NCBI GenBank assembly: GCA_037447605.1
Contig: CM074804.1
Location: forward strand, 3,077,909 to 3,141,908
Length of the DNA stretch: 64,000 bases
DNA from: Zygnema circumcarinatum SAG 698-1b
Taxonomy: Eukaryota > Plantae > Zygnematophyceae
Direction: 5' to 3'
The notes under the pieces were generated by a model. That model saw nothing but the letters and a program-made list of their open reading frames with translations. It ran no database searches and was not told the origin of the DNA. Position 1 is the first letter of the stretch, and each line of letters starts with the position of its first letter. This document shows, one piece after another, positions 53,468 through 64,000 of the stretch. The position numbers and the translations under genes were made by a program.

Positions 53468-54020
53468 CAGTAAGCAATCATATTTTCCACCCTGTACAGT
53501 GCGTCCCCAAGAAATTCGCCCCGATTTTGCCGAAACCACCTTTTTGTACGGTAACTTTGTGTTAGCCGTACTATTCGTACCATATGTACTATTCATACTA
53601 ACCGTACTAACCGTATTAGCCGTACTAGCTGTACTAGCCGTACTAGCTGTACTAACCGTTACGGGCTTACGCAAAACTGCACCTAATCTCCCCGCACGTG
53701 CCGCCAGAGGCGCTCGCTCTTCTCCCCTTCTTCTAGGATTCGGTGCGATACGATATGGCACGATACGATACGATACGATATGAACGCACCGATACGGTAC
53801 TATCCGTACTAGACGTACACGCTGTAGCTGCACGATACGATACGATGTTAGACGACACAGTACGATACGGTACGATATGATACGATACGATACGGACGGT
53901 TCAACATGAACTCTAACATAATACCGCCCGTCTATTGGTAACACGAACCTTATATTTGCAAAATCAATATTTTCGCCTCATATTGGCCAAAACCCATGGC
54001 GAAAATATGACTGCTGACTG
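53468..54020. mobile_element. Family A Tc1/mariner-type MITE copy
   Basis: TA-CAGTAAGCAATCATATTTTCC ... GAAAATATGACTGCTGACTG-TA. Interior is homologous to 5215-5695. Confidence 0.75.
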
Positions 54021-54128
54021 TACTGTAGTTAAATGCACGGCACCAATAGGAGCTCGCGACAGGCCGGGCGGCCATGCGCTTCCGTACAGAGAAAAACAGT
54101 ACGGCCGCATATAACCGCCCACCTATTA

Positions 54129-54328
54129 CGGGGAGTCAGACCTTGACCATCGCCAAATCAATTTCGTAAGCCTGTCGGGCGAATTCAGCATTGGCTAGGT
54201 ACGCATTTCGGTACGGCCGTGTGGGGCGGAGCCGCGGATCCCGTTCCGGAATTCGTACACGAAAGAAGTGACTTTTCGTATAAGGAATTCGGGAATTTCG
54301 TAAGCAATGGTCAAGGTCTGACTCCCCC
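54129..54328. mobile_element. 200-bp MITE (TIR GGGGAGTCAGACCTTGACCAT, TA flanks)
   Basis: Near-perfect TIRs of about 20 bp with TA on both sides. Confidence 0.8.
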
Positions 54329-54711
54329 TATTGTTAACACGGACTTCCTTTTTTTGCAAATTTCAAGATTTTCGCCCAATATTTGCCGAAACCATGGCGA
54401 AAATATTCACGATGGCCATGATGCCCTCAAATGTGCATGCACAAAATCATCATGGGGAACCACGAGGAACTGGGCGCAGAGTACCTAAGCACACAAGGAA
54501 CAAGCTAGGAGCTGGAAGCTGCGCAAGCCAAGCTACGGTAAGCTTCTTAATAATTCTGACAACCCCTGTGCGGTAATAAGGAAAATACGGGTTTCATGGA
54601 ATTCCCCTATTGGACTATGCCTGGTGGCCCGGTCGGTCGGTCGGTCGGTCGGGCGGGCGGGCGGGCGGGCGGGCGGGCGGGCGCAGGCATTGAAAGTGGG
54701 CGGGCGGCAGC

Positions 54712-54798
54712 GCACGTGGCTCCCTCTATCGCCAGGCGGTCCCCTGCGCCTCCACCACGTGGCACCACGCGGTTCGAGGTGGCATTAGCCACGTGACG
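54712..54798. promoter_or_regulatory. Three G-box/ABRE motifs upstream of permease
   Basis: GCACGTGGC, CCACGTGGC and GCCACGTGAC within 90 bp, about 500 bp upstream of ATG 55282. Confidence 0.45.
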
Positions 54799-55281
54799 GG
54801 GGGGGGGGACAGATCCCGACAACAGCCGCCCCGCCCCTCCCCTCCCCTCCCGGCCGGCGATGGGTCCCCCGCGTCCCTCTCCCCTCGCCGCCCGCCCGCC
54901 TTCGAACGGCGCAGGGGACCGCGCGGGACTGCGAGGGACCTCGCGGGACCGGGCCGGCCCACCCCCCTCCGCCGCGGGCAGGTCCGGACAGCCGCCCGTC
55001 CGCCCGCCCGCCCGCCCGCCCGCCGCATGCGACAAAAGTCCCGCCTGCGGCTTCGCGGTATCGACCCGCACCGGCGCGTACCGTACCGTACCGTATCGCC
55101 CCTCACTCCCTCCCTCCCTCCCTCCCTCCCTCCCTCCCTCCCTCCCTCTCTCCCTCTCTCCCTCCCTCCCTCCCTCCCTCCGCCTCGCTTCGCCGCGTGC
55201 CCGCGTGCGCGCTCTCGGCAGCGAGGCAGGCCAGCGCGCCCTCGGGAGGAAGTGGAGGAGGAGAAGGCGGCGCGGGCAGCA

Positions 55282-58200
55282 ATGGCGGAGATTATGCCCT
55301 TCATGGATTCCGGGGAGAAGCGGCTCAATGAGCTGGGCTACAAGCAGGAGCTCAAGCGTGACCTGGTGCGTGCTGCGCGCCCTCCCGCTCTCTCCCACCT
55401 CGCTTCTCTCTTTCTCTCCCCAGACTTAGGATTTCGGAATCCTGGAGGCTGAATTCCCTTTTTTGAACTGACCTTGTCCGCAGTCGGTGTTCAAGATGTT
55501 CGCCATCACCATGTCCACTATGACTCTCTTCACGGGCATAGTCCCCTATTACGGGTTCGTCTCCTCTCCCTTGAAACTCGCACAATTCAGGATTCACCTA
55601 CGGGAATTTGAAGGATAAGGTTTTCCAGCTTCTTTCTGACACGTGTCCTCCGTTTTCAGGCAAGCGCTCATCAATGGCGGCCCTGTTGCCGTCTCGTGGG
55701 GGTGGTGGATCGCGGTGTTCTTTGTGTCCTTCATCGGCCTCGCACTTTCGGAGATCTGCTCTTCGTTTCCAGTGAGAAACCCAGTCAAGCCACTCTTGTG
55801 TGCCTGGTTCTAGCTCTTGACCATTGATTTCGGTGAAGATTTTGTAACTCTTCATTGCCAAGTCACACTTTTCTCGACGTTGAGTTAACTGTAACCCAAT
55901 TACTCAGAGAAGGTTACGCACGAAAAAAATCAACATTACGCTAAACGGTTGAAAGGACCTTTATTGTTTTATTTGTTTAATTTTTTTTTTTTTTTTTGAA
56001 AAATAATAATAATAACAATTGAAAAATAAGGCGTACACTTCGGCAACTACACTTTCCTCCGGCAAGACACCGTTTCCTAAAGATTTGGACATTTTGCGTC
56101 CTCCCCCAAACTTAGCAAGAAGAGTTTTTTTTTCCCGAAACGGTTTCACATTATCAAGTATTTTTTCCCTTCAGGTAGTCCTTGCGTAATATCATCGTCG
56201 TCAAATGAGGAAGCTTCTATGTTCGACTGCAAGTGAAAGTACCCAAAAATCTGGGAAGGAAACCGTAAAATAGAAAAAAACAAAAAATGGTGCGGAGACT
56301 GTGTTCAGCTAAAGGAGGAGTCTTGCTATCTTCAGGGCCTTTTGACTAGATCAAAATATATGACTTAGTCAATTTGTGGCAGTCAATTTGTGGCTGACCA
56401 TTGGCCGTGGACGTGGCGGCAGACCACCGGATCCCTCTACTACTGGGCGGCCTCGCTTGCAGGGCCGAAGTACGGCCCGTTTGCCAGCTGGATGACGGTG
56501 ATACGCCATGCTCTATTCTATCCCTCCCCTCCTTCTCCCTCCCTCCCCCACCTCTTTCTCTCTTGTTCTCTCCTTAAGCTCCACCTTCTGCACCGCTTGC
56601 TGCTGCTTACACGGCAGTGGGCATTGGTGGGGGGTGACAGGGATGGCTTGAGTTCATCGGATTGGCTGTGGGAGTAGGCAGTCAGGCGTTTGCTGGAACG
56701 CAGATGATCCAATACCTGGTCCTTCTTGCAACTGGTAAGGGAGAGAGAGGAGACGTAGCAAGAGAGAGAAGAGGACAGAAGGGTGTGGGTCTCCTCCCTC
56801 TCCGTCCTCCCCCACCATCTCCCTCCACTCCACAGGGCAAACCCACTCTCTCCTTCTCCCTTCCCCTGGAGGGTGTTCACACGCAGGCAGTTTGGGGTGG
56901 CAGGCGGCGCCAACGGAGGAGGCTACCTGCTGACCCGCCCCCAATTCCTGGGCGTTATCATTGCGACCATAGTCGTCTGCGCGTGCCTCAACTCCCTCGC
57001 TGTGCGCTTTGTCGCCCTCATCGACGTGTTCTCCATTTATTGGCAGGCGAGCTCATCCACTCGCTTGCGACATGGAAGGCAGTTAACCGCCGGGTGCAAG
57101 AATTAAACAAACCCTGGGAATTTCTTTCAGCTAATTTTCGCACAACGGGCGTGGGGTGACTCCTCCTGCAGGTGATCGGTGGAGTGATTCTGGTGATAAT
57201 GCTTCCCCTGGTGGCGCCAACCACACAGTCCGCGTCGTTTGTGTTCACACACTGGGAGGATAACCGTGATTACACGGGCCTCCCCAATGCGGTAGGGATC
57301 TCTGTCGCTCTTTCCCTCTCCCTCACCCTCACCCTCCCACCCACCCTCACTCTCTCTCCCTCTTCCTTTGCCTCCTCTTTCTCCCCCCTCTCCCTCTTCC
57401 TCCTCCCTCTCCTCCCCTCCNNNNNNNNNNCTCTCCCCCTCTCTTCCTCCCCCCTCCCCCCTCCTCTCTCTCTCTCTCTCACACACGGAGGCTCCTTGGC
57501 GAGTGCAGGGCTATGCGTGGATCTCCGCCCTCCTGATGTCGCAGTACTCGCTGTACGGCTTCGACGCGGCGGCGCATCTGACGGAGGAGACGAAGGGCGC
57601 GGACCGCACGGGGCCCATCGCCATATTGGGGAGCATCTCCTTCTTCAGCGTGTTCGGGTACGGCCTGCTGCTCGCCCTCACCTTCAGCATCCGCGACCTC
57701 GACCGCGTCCTCTTCGAGGTCGACACCGTCACTGCGGGAGGATACCCGGTCGCTCAGATCCTGTGGGACGCCTTCTACGACAGGTAGGGAGGCAGCCATG
57801 GATAGTGAAGGGCCCCCAGGCTTGTTTCTGTGGGAGAGAGAAAGGAGGGTGGTTAGTGTTCCTTGTGAAGCTCAGCGAGGATCGTGAAAGCTCGGAGGCG
57901 TTAAACGGCCGCTGTGCTATTGTTGTGCAGGTACGGGTCAGGGAATGGAGCGCTGATCTTTATGGGGATGATCTATATGTCCTTCTTCTTTGGCTGCCTC
58001 TCCAACCTCATGAGTGCTGCAAGAGTGGTGAGAAATCCTCCCAAAGAAGAATCCTTCCGCTGCGTCTGGAGTTATGTCATAAAAGTGTTTTTTCTCCTTC
58101 GTTTTTTTGACTGCTACACAAATGTTCCGTAACTCCCTCCCTGTTTCCATGTGCAGGCGTATGCTCTGTCTCGTGATCAAGGCCTCCCTCTCTCCTTTAT

Positions 58201-58799
58201 ATGGAGACGCCTTGGTGCAAACAAGGTCCCGATCTATGCCGTGTGGATGTGTGCCTGCATCGGTATCATCGTTGTCACGCCCGTATTGAAGAACAACGTA
58301 GCCTTCTTCGCAGTCACGAGCATGTCCACTGTCGGCTGGGTGGGGGGATACGCCGTGCCAATCTTCTTTCGCATGTTCAACTCGGAGGAGAGCTTCACAC
58401 CCGGTCCCTTCTACCTCAAAAACTATCTCGGCCGGGCATGGTGAGTCCTGCGAAATCCCTCTCTTCCAGTTCACGCCACCATCCTACTCAAGTTTTTATC
58501 CACTTGCTGTGATTGAATCTCCTGCGGTGTAACACACCTCCCTGACTTTGGGTACCCCACGTATCTGCAGTAAAATTGTGCACTTTGTGGCCTTCTGTTG
58601 GATTCTGTACACTGTGTGCGTGTTCCTGCTGCCTCTGTACTATCCCATCACGTGGGACACCTTCAACTATGCTCCCGTGGGGATTGGAATCGTGTGCTCC
58701 TTTTTCCTCTTGTGGTGGCTGGTGGACGCGAGGAGATGGTTCACGGGACCTGTTCGAGAGATCCAAAAAGAAGAGTTTGAAGGAAAGCCACTAAGCTAA
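55282..58799 (+). CDS. APC-superfamily ACT-family amino acid/GABA/choline permease (BAT1/GABP-like), about 11 exons
   Basis: DSGEKRLNELGYKQELKRDL, GLALSEICSSFPTTGSLYYWAASLAG, SQYSLYGFDAAAHLTEETKG, YALSRDQGLP, FNYAPV, WLVDARRWFTGP. N gap at 57421-57430 lies in an intron. Confidence 0.92.
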
Positions 58800-59386
58800 G
58801 GCCTTCTCAGCTGTGAAGGGCGACACATAGGATGGCTTGGTTGGCCATCCTTCATTCTTCCTACTTTATTTTTTATCTTTTTTTATGTGTTGGGGAGAAT
58901 GGAGGCTCAGCATGTATGTAGTCCTGACTTTACTAATGCCGCCATACAGGAATGGTGTCGAAATCACGCTTTTCCCCTGTTAGCAAGTAGAGGGAGGCAG
59001 TATACATACGCGTAACTACGTGGGCTGTGAGCCCCTGTCATCGTTTATGTCATCAAGATTGGATCCCCCTTAGATGATTTCCATACTCTTCACGACCTAA
59101 ACACGAGGCATTATACTTCTACAGTGGGGGCTTTTGCCCTTGTGATAAACCGAGTTTGCGTGGTAAGGTCGAGTTTTGAGTTCCATTTTTAGATTTTGTT
59201 CTATGGTCCAGCTTCAGCATCACCCGGATACATGGGATGACCTTATTTTTATTTTATTATATAAATAGGCTGTATTAGTTCAAAACCTGGTCGCAAGCCG
59301 AATAGGGGCTGCACGAATCCTCGCCCTAAGGTGGCACTTACTCTGTCGGGGTCAATGCGTGCACAGTGGACGGCTACGAGCACCAC

Positions 59387-59552
59387 CTTGATGCCGCTCA
59401 GGCGAGTGGCCCGCTGCAGTCGGCCGTCGAGGCTGTACGTCCAGCCGTGATAGGGGCACACGAAGCGGTCGCAGCGGCCCTCCCCATTGGCTACCGCGGC
59501 TGCGTGGTGCCTGCAGACGTTGTGGAAAGCCTGCAGCTTGCCCGCGCCATCC
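59387..59552 (-). pseudogene. Isolated Rieske [2Fe-2S] exon, choline monooxygenase-like
   Basis: DGAGKLQAFHNVCRHHAAAVANGEGRCDRFVCPYHGWTYSLDGRLQRATRLSGIK (CxH...CxxH) with AG acceptor and GT donor. No other CMO exons found. Confidence 0.8.
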
Positions 59553-59852
59553 CTGTCACACGCGCGGCCAATCGCGGAATCAAGGGACTGCGTCGGCTGC
59601 ACTGTCAAAGTCGAAGTTTCTAAGTACTGTATGCATCTATCCATAGCCATAAAGTGAAGCTGGTCGGATTAAGGGGTAGGCCTTCGGACGCTCACTGGGG
59701 AAAGCACCAACGGATTACCTCAAAACATGAGAAATGACTGATTTATATTTTTCGATATAATTTCATATTAGCGAAGTCTTCGCTTCTTTGTTGTTAATCA
59801 CATGATGCGCACGCATGTGCGGCTAAAGAATGCACAGATCGGACCATTAGAC

Positions 59853-60494
59853 AAACCAGTCGACTGGTTGGCAACCAGTGGTTGCGGACCGAAACAACCA
59901 TTCGACTGGTTGCCAACCAGTGGCTTAGGACTGAAACAACCATTCGACTGGTTTGGAACCAGTGGATGCCACTGGTTGGCAACCATTCGACTGGTTGCCA
60001 ACCAGTGCCGCCGGATCGAAACAACCATTCGACTGGTTGCCAACCAGTGCCGCCAGATCGAAACAACCATTCGACTGGTTGCCAACCAGTGCCGCCGGAT
60101 CGAAACAACCATTCGACTGGTTGCCAACCAGTGGCTCAGGACTGAAACAACCATTCGACTGGTTGCCAACCAGTGGCTCAGGACTGAAACAACCATTCGA
60201 CTGGTTTGGAACCAGTGGATGCCACTGGTTGGCAACCATTCGACTGGTTGCCAACCAGTGCCGCCGGATCGAAACAACCATTCGACTGGTTGCCAACCAG
60301 TGGCTCAGGACTGAAACAACCATTCGACTGGTTTGGAACCAGTGGATGCCACTGGTTGGCAACCATTCGACTGGTTGCCAACCAGTGCCGCCGGATCGAA
60401 ACAACCATTCGACTGGTTGCCAACCAGTGCCGCCGGATCGAAACAACCATTCGACTGGTTGCGAACCAGTGGATCCACTGGTTGGCAACCATTG
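59853..60494. repeat. Subterminal array of 42-bp palindromic units (plus a shorter variant unit)
   Basis: AAACAACCATTCGACTGGTTGCCAACCAGTGCCGCCGGATCG repeated, with ACTGGTT-GCC-AACCAGT and CAACCA-N6-TGGTTG dyads. Confidence 0.95.
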
Positions 60495-61574
60495 AATTTC
60501 TGAAATTATGCCTTTTTGCAAAAATGGGTCGTATCTGTTTTTTGGTGGGTTGCCAACCGTTGACAACTAGTGTAACAAGCCTGATCAGGGTTCGTCAAAT
60601 AGGGGATTTCGGCTTAAGATAGGGGACTGTCCCCTAAATTGGTTTTGTAAAAACACGTAAATATGGACTGTACGGGAGAAACCGTACATGTACGGACGAG
60701 ACAGGAATATAGGAAGACAGGAATTGTTTGGGAGAAAGACGAGTTTCGAAAGAGGTTGACAGACTTTTCATTGGAAGGAATTCTTCACTGCAAACAGTTT
60801 GATAGTTTGACCGCTCTTCGAGGGTCTCTTTGAGTAGTTCGCATCACTTCTATAGCTGTCTTGTTCAGCCTAAAACTCCTAAGGGAGTGGGACCATTTTT
60901 CATTTCATTTCTAATTTTAGTTCCTATTTCAGTTTTTCTTTTGTGACTACACCTAGAATTTCAGAGGTTATGATTTGGAATAGAGTTTTTGTGAGGAAAT
61001 TTCAAGACTATGATGGATTCTAAAGTGATACTTGGAGTAATTAATGCTGGATGGAAAAGGAAATAGAGAGCTTAGGATTGGATCTACAAAGTTTTCGAGC
61101 AATTGGGTTTTTGAATAAGCAACTATATGTCGTGATTGCCAAATGCACAGTTGTTCTAATTGATTGGTAAAATTTATCAATCTATAAGAGTCGAAGAGGT
61201 TGCACCAGTTTCTAAAGCTGTGTTGTTATACCAACAAGTAAAGTTCATATACATCATTGCTATCGTGGTTGCAAATGCAATTCATTTCCTTTTTGTTTTT
61301 AACCAAAAAAATATTTTTTTGGGGCTTGTGTGGTATTTAAGTTGAAATCACGTAAACTAATCTCAAAATCTTACATAAATAAGCTATTTACGATATTTAG
61401 GGATCTCCCCTATTTGACGAACCCTGAGCCTGATGCGTACAGATGCGTACGGATTCGTACATCCAAGTCGTACGATTGTACGGAAATTCTGTACGGACGA
61501 ACCGTAATAGTTTTCTCCGAAACGCCGACGGCATTTTGGTAACTGTAGCGTTCAGTTCGCTACAACTAGTGATT

Positions 61575-61935
61575 TAATGGTTGCCAACCATTTGATTTAA
61601 TGGATATAACCATTCGACTGGTTGCCAACCAGTGCCGCCGGATCGAAACAACCATTCGACTGGTTGCCAACCAGTGCCGTCGGATCGAAACAACCATTCG
61701 ACTGGTTGCCAACCAGTGCCGCCAGATCGAAACAACCATTCGACTGGTTGCCAACCAGTGCCGCCAGACCGAAACAACCATTCGACTGGTTGCCAACCAG
61801 TGCCGCCAGATCGAAACAACCATTCGACTGGTTGCCAACCAGTGGCATCCACTGGTTCCAAACCAGTCGACTGGTTGCCAACCAGTAGACGTCCAACCAT
61901 TGCCATCCAATGGTTGTCCAATGGTTGCCGATCCA
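61575..61935. repeat. Second array of the same 42-bp unit, same orientation
   Basis: Directly visible. Confidence 0.95.
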
Positions 61936-62901
61936 CTGGTCCGAACTGTGAAAGAATGGACGTCACAGCATGTAAGGATGCGCTACAATGGTTCAACTTT
62001 ATTCAACAGGTTGGATGGAGTTAGAAACTGAATCGACGAATTTTTAATTGAAGTTGAACCATGGTCCATAAGTGTCCATGAAGCTTTTATGGGAGATTGG
62101 GAACATTTGGCTTAAATCACTTATGAGGTCATGCCTTGAATATGGCTCTGAGTAAAGAAATTTTTGACTGGAACAATGCCTAAAGGTTATAAAGTTATGA
62201 AGTTGCACCATTATAGCGCACCCTTACATATTGTGAAGTCCATCATTGTCATTGTTCATTTGATTAACAACAAAGAAACAAAGACTTTGACAACATGAAA
62301 TTATATCAAAAAACATAAATGAGTCATTTCTCATGTGCTTAGGTATTTTGTCGATGCTTTCCCAAGTGAGCGTTCGAAGGCCTACTCCTAATCGTCCGTT
62401 GCTCCTCGCCCTTCACTTCAACAGAAATTGAAGTCCTGTACTTTCACAATTACGACTTTGTTCCTTGAGAGTGCGAGGTGCCGACGAAACATTGGAGAGG
62501 AATTTCCTGGACTGGTGATAGATTTCAGAACAAGAAATTTCTAAGCCGGTGAGCATGAGGCAGGGGCCATGCGATATGAGCACGAAGTCACTAATTCCTT
62601 TATCAACCATTCACTGAAAAAGAATTCACTATAAGACGATTACTTTGTAACTCTCAATCAGCCGCTGTTAGGTTAAGCCCATCACTACCATCCCTGATGC
62701 AGAAAAACGAGAACAGAGTTTTTAAAGCTTCAAAAAGCAAGCTCGGCTAGTTATTCTTCTTGAAAGTTTCATGCCACTCACCTGAATCGAGTCCAAAGGT
62801 CCTCTCTACGATGTAGATGAGGAAGGATAGCGACCATTGCATCAGCTGTTCACGAAGGCGCGTAAATGTGCTGTGGACAGAGAGATTCTTCCTTATCCTT
62901 A

Positions 62902-63911
62902 TCAAGAGAGAGAAGGAGAAGGCGTAGTCCCACGCAGTTTTCTATGTCGATCAAGAAAGCATTGTGCTAAGTGGCTGAAGCGAATATTCACATCGCCCGC
63001 CGCAGCAAAAAGCTCCATACACTGAATGACTGCCGGCGTAGCAATATCTATTTGAACCGAACAAATTGGGAGGAAACACAGAGTCAGAGAAGACAAAACA
63101 GGCGACGAAAGGCAGTTTGCAAGCAGAAAGTTACTTCATCTTCTAATGGCCACTCAGAGATTTGAAACTCCTAAAACTGGACTCGGATTAGTTACATGAA
63201 AGCATAACCTTCAAGGAGAAGTGTCAGAAGCATTGTTTACCTTTGAAAGTACGTTCACTGTGCAGGTAGTACAAGGTTGTGATGGACGACAGAACCTGGA
63301 AACCCATACATTACATGGTTACTTACCAAGGAAAACAAAACTGCATACTTTCGATCAAAACCTTATTTCCTGCAGGCCATGAAGAGTGGATTATCCTGCA
63401 AAGTTCGGAGAGAGGGAGGGGGGGGGGGGGGGGGGGGGGNNNNNNNNNNGGGGAGGTAATGACTCACAGTATTTTCAACGGGACTGGACAAACACGCAAC
63501 GATTGATGGTATACCGTCGTTTTCCACAATGATTGCGGCATTCTTTGGATCTGTGGAATGGACAGGAAAATACCATGGAGTTCAGTTTTGTGTCTCGCTG
63601 CTTAACACTCCTTAAATTTGGAAGCCAATACAACCCTGAAAGCCAGGTTAACCCAATTCATCTTCAGCTTTCCTACGCTAAGTATTGGTCGGAAAAGAGA
63701 CACAACTTTTGTTCTTGTAGTTGACCAACATTCAAAATCCAATAGCCACCACACTATGTGCAAGAAGTACGTTTCTGTTTCAAACTTTTAGAACAAACCA
63801 CGCCTTCCTCATCTTACCAGGGCAACAGTTGCAAATGCCTCCCATGCCGAATTCTTGAAGTTTTTCATTTGGCTCCGTTAAACAGTCAATGAAGAGGTCC
63901 AACACATGTAG
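62902..63911 (-). CDS. ARMC7: Armadillo repeat-containing protein 7, last four exons (5' end beyond window)
   Basis: Exons 63911-63818 (LHVLDLFIDCLTEPNEKLQEFGMGGICNCC), 63550-63468 (DPKNAAIIVENDGIPSIVACLSSPVENT), 63295-63241 (VLSSITTLYYL), 63047-62902 (DIATPAVIQCMELFAAAG..FSHLAQCFLDRH). Phases are compatible. Confidence 0.88.
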
Positions 63912-64000
63912 CTGCCACCACACTCAACCAAATCTTGAAACAGTCAGCTGATGAACTATCAAACGTTCAGTGAATCTGGTCGACTCCAGAACATTGAACG

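Larger units (their letters stand above)
59673..62388. mobile_element. PIF/Harbinger-like non-autonomous DNA transposon (2716 bp)
   Basis: TAA-GGGGTAGGCCTTCGGACGCTCACTGGGGAAAGCA ... TGCTTTCCCAAGTGAGCGTTCGAAGGCCTACTCC-TAA: 34-bp TIRs and TAA target-site duplication. No transposase recognised. Confidence 0.8.

Noticed and set aside
59853-61935. CRISPR-like look of the repeat arrays (palindromic constant part plus variable part)
   Set aside because: The variable parts are only 11 bp and related to each other, there are no cas genes, the context is eukaryotic, and the arrays lie inside a TIR/TSD-bounded element.
59794-62031. Repetitive ORFs (TTIRLVANQCRRIE and similar) on both strands
   Set aside because: A by-product of a stop-free 42-bp unit. 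No splice or compositional support for coding.
62413-62875. ORF 62413..62610 and a splice-bounded segment at about 62790-62875 as missing CMO exons
   Set aside because: No similarity to the CMO N-terminus in any frame. More likely ARMC7 3' UTR or an alternative end.

Overview
Eukaryotic, intron-rich nuclear scaffold of a plant-lineage organism. GC-rich exons, short GT-AG introns and long microsatellites suggest a streptophyte alga or early land plant (inference). It has eight 10-N gaps, several flanked by poly-G/C. Genes I could reconstruct exon by exon: MAK16 (-, 3' part missing, with a mitochondrial nad5-derived NUMT where its next intron should be); an orphan coiled-coil gene (+); a secreted S8 subtilase fused to an extensin-like Ser-Pro stalk and two PAN/Apple domains (-); a TBC Rab-GAP (+); an HIR/band-7 protein (+); a TPR protein (+); a choline/ethanolamine kinase (-) with one intron that is almost wholly a 1.7-kb (CT)n tract; a BAT1-like ACT-family permease (+); a lone choline-monooxygenase-like Rieske exon (-); and the 3' part of ARMC7 (-). 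The 44.7-54.3 kb interval is a nest of TIR/MITE/foldback elements, including a 3.3-kb TIR-bounded element with two convergent paralogous arms and tandem tRNA-like units. A 2.7-kb PIF/Harbinger-like non-autonomous element at 59.7-62.4 kb carries two arrays of palindromic 42-bp repeats. Best leads: the subtilase-extensin-PAN chimera, the possible choline-handling neighbourhood, the tRNA-like units and the repeat-laden Harbinger-like element. All identifications come from motif recall and manual reading; no database search was run.
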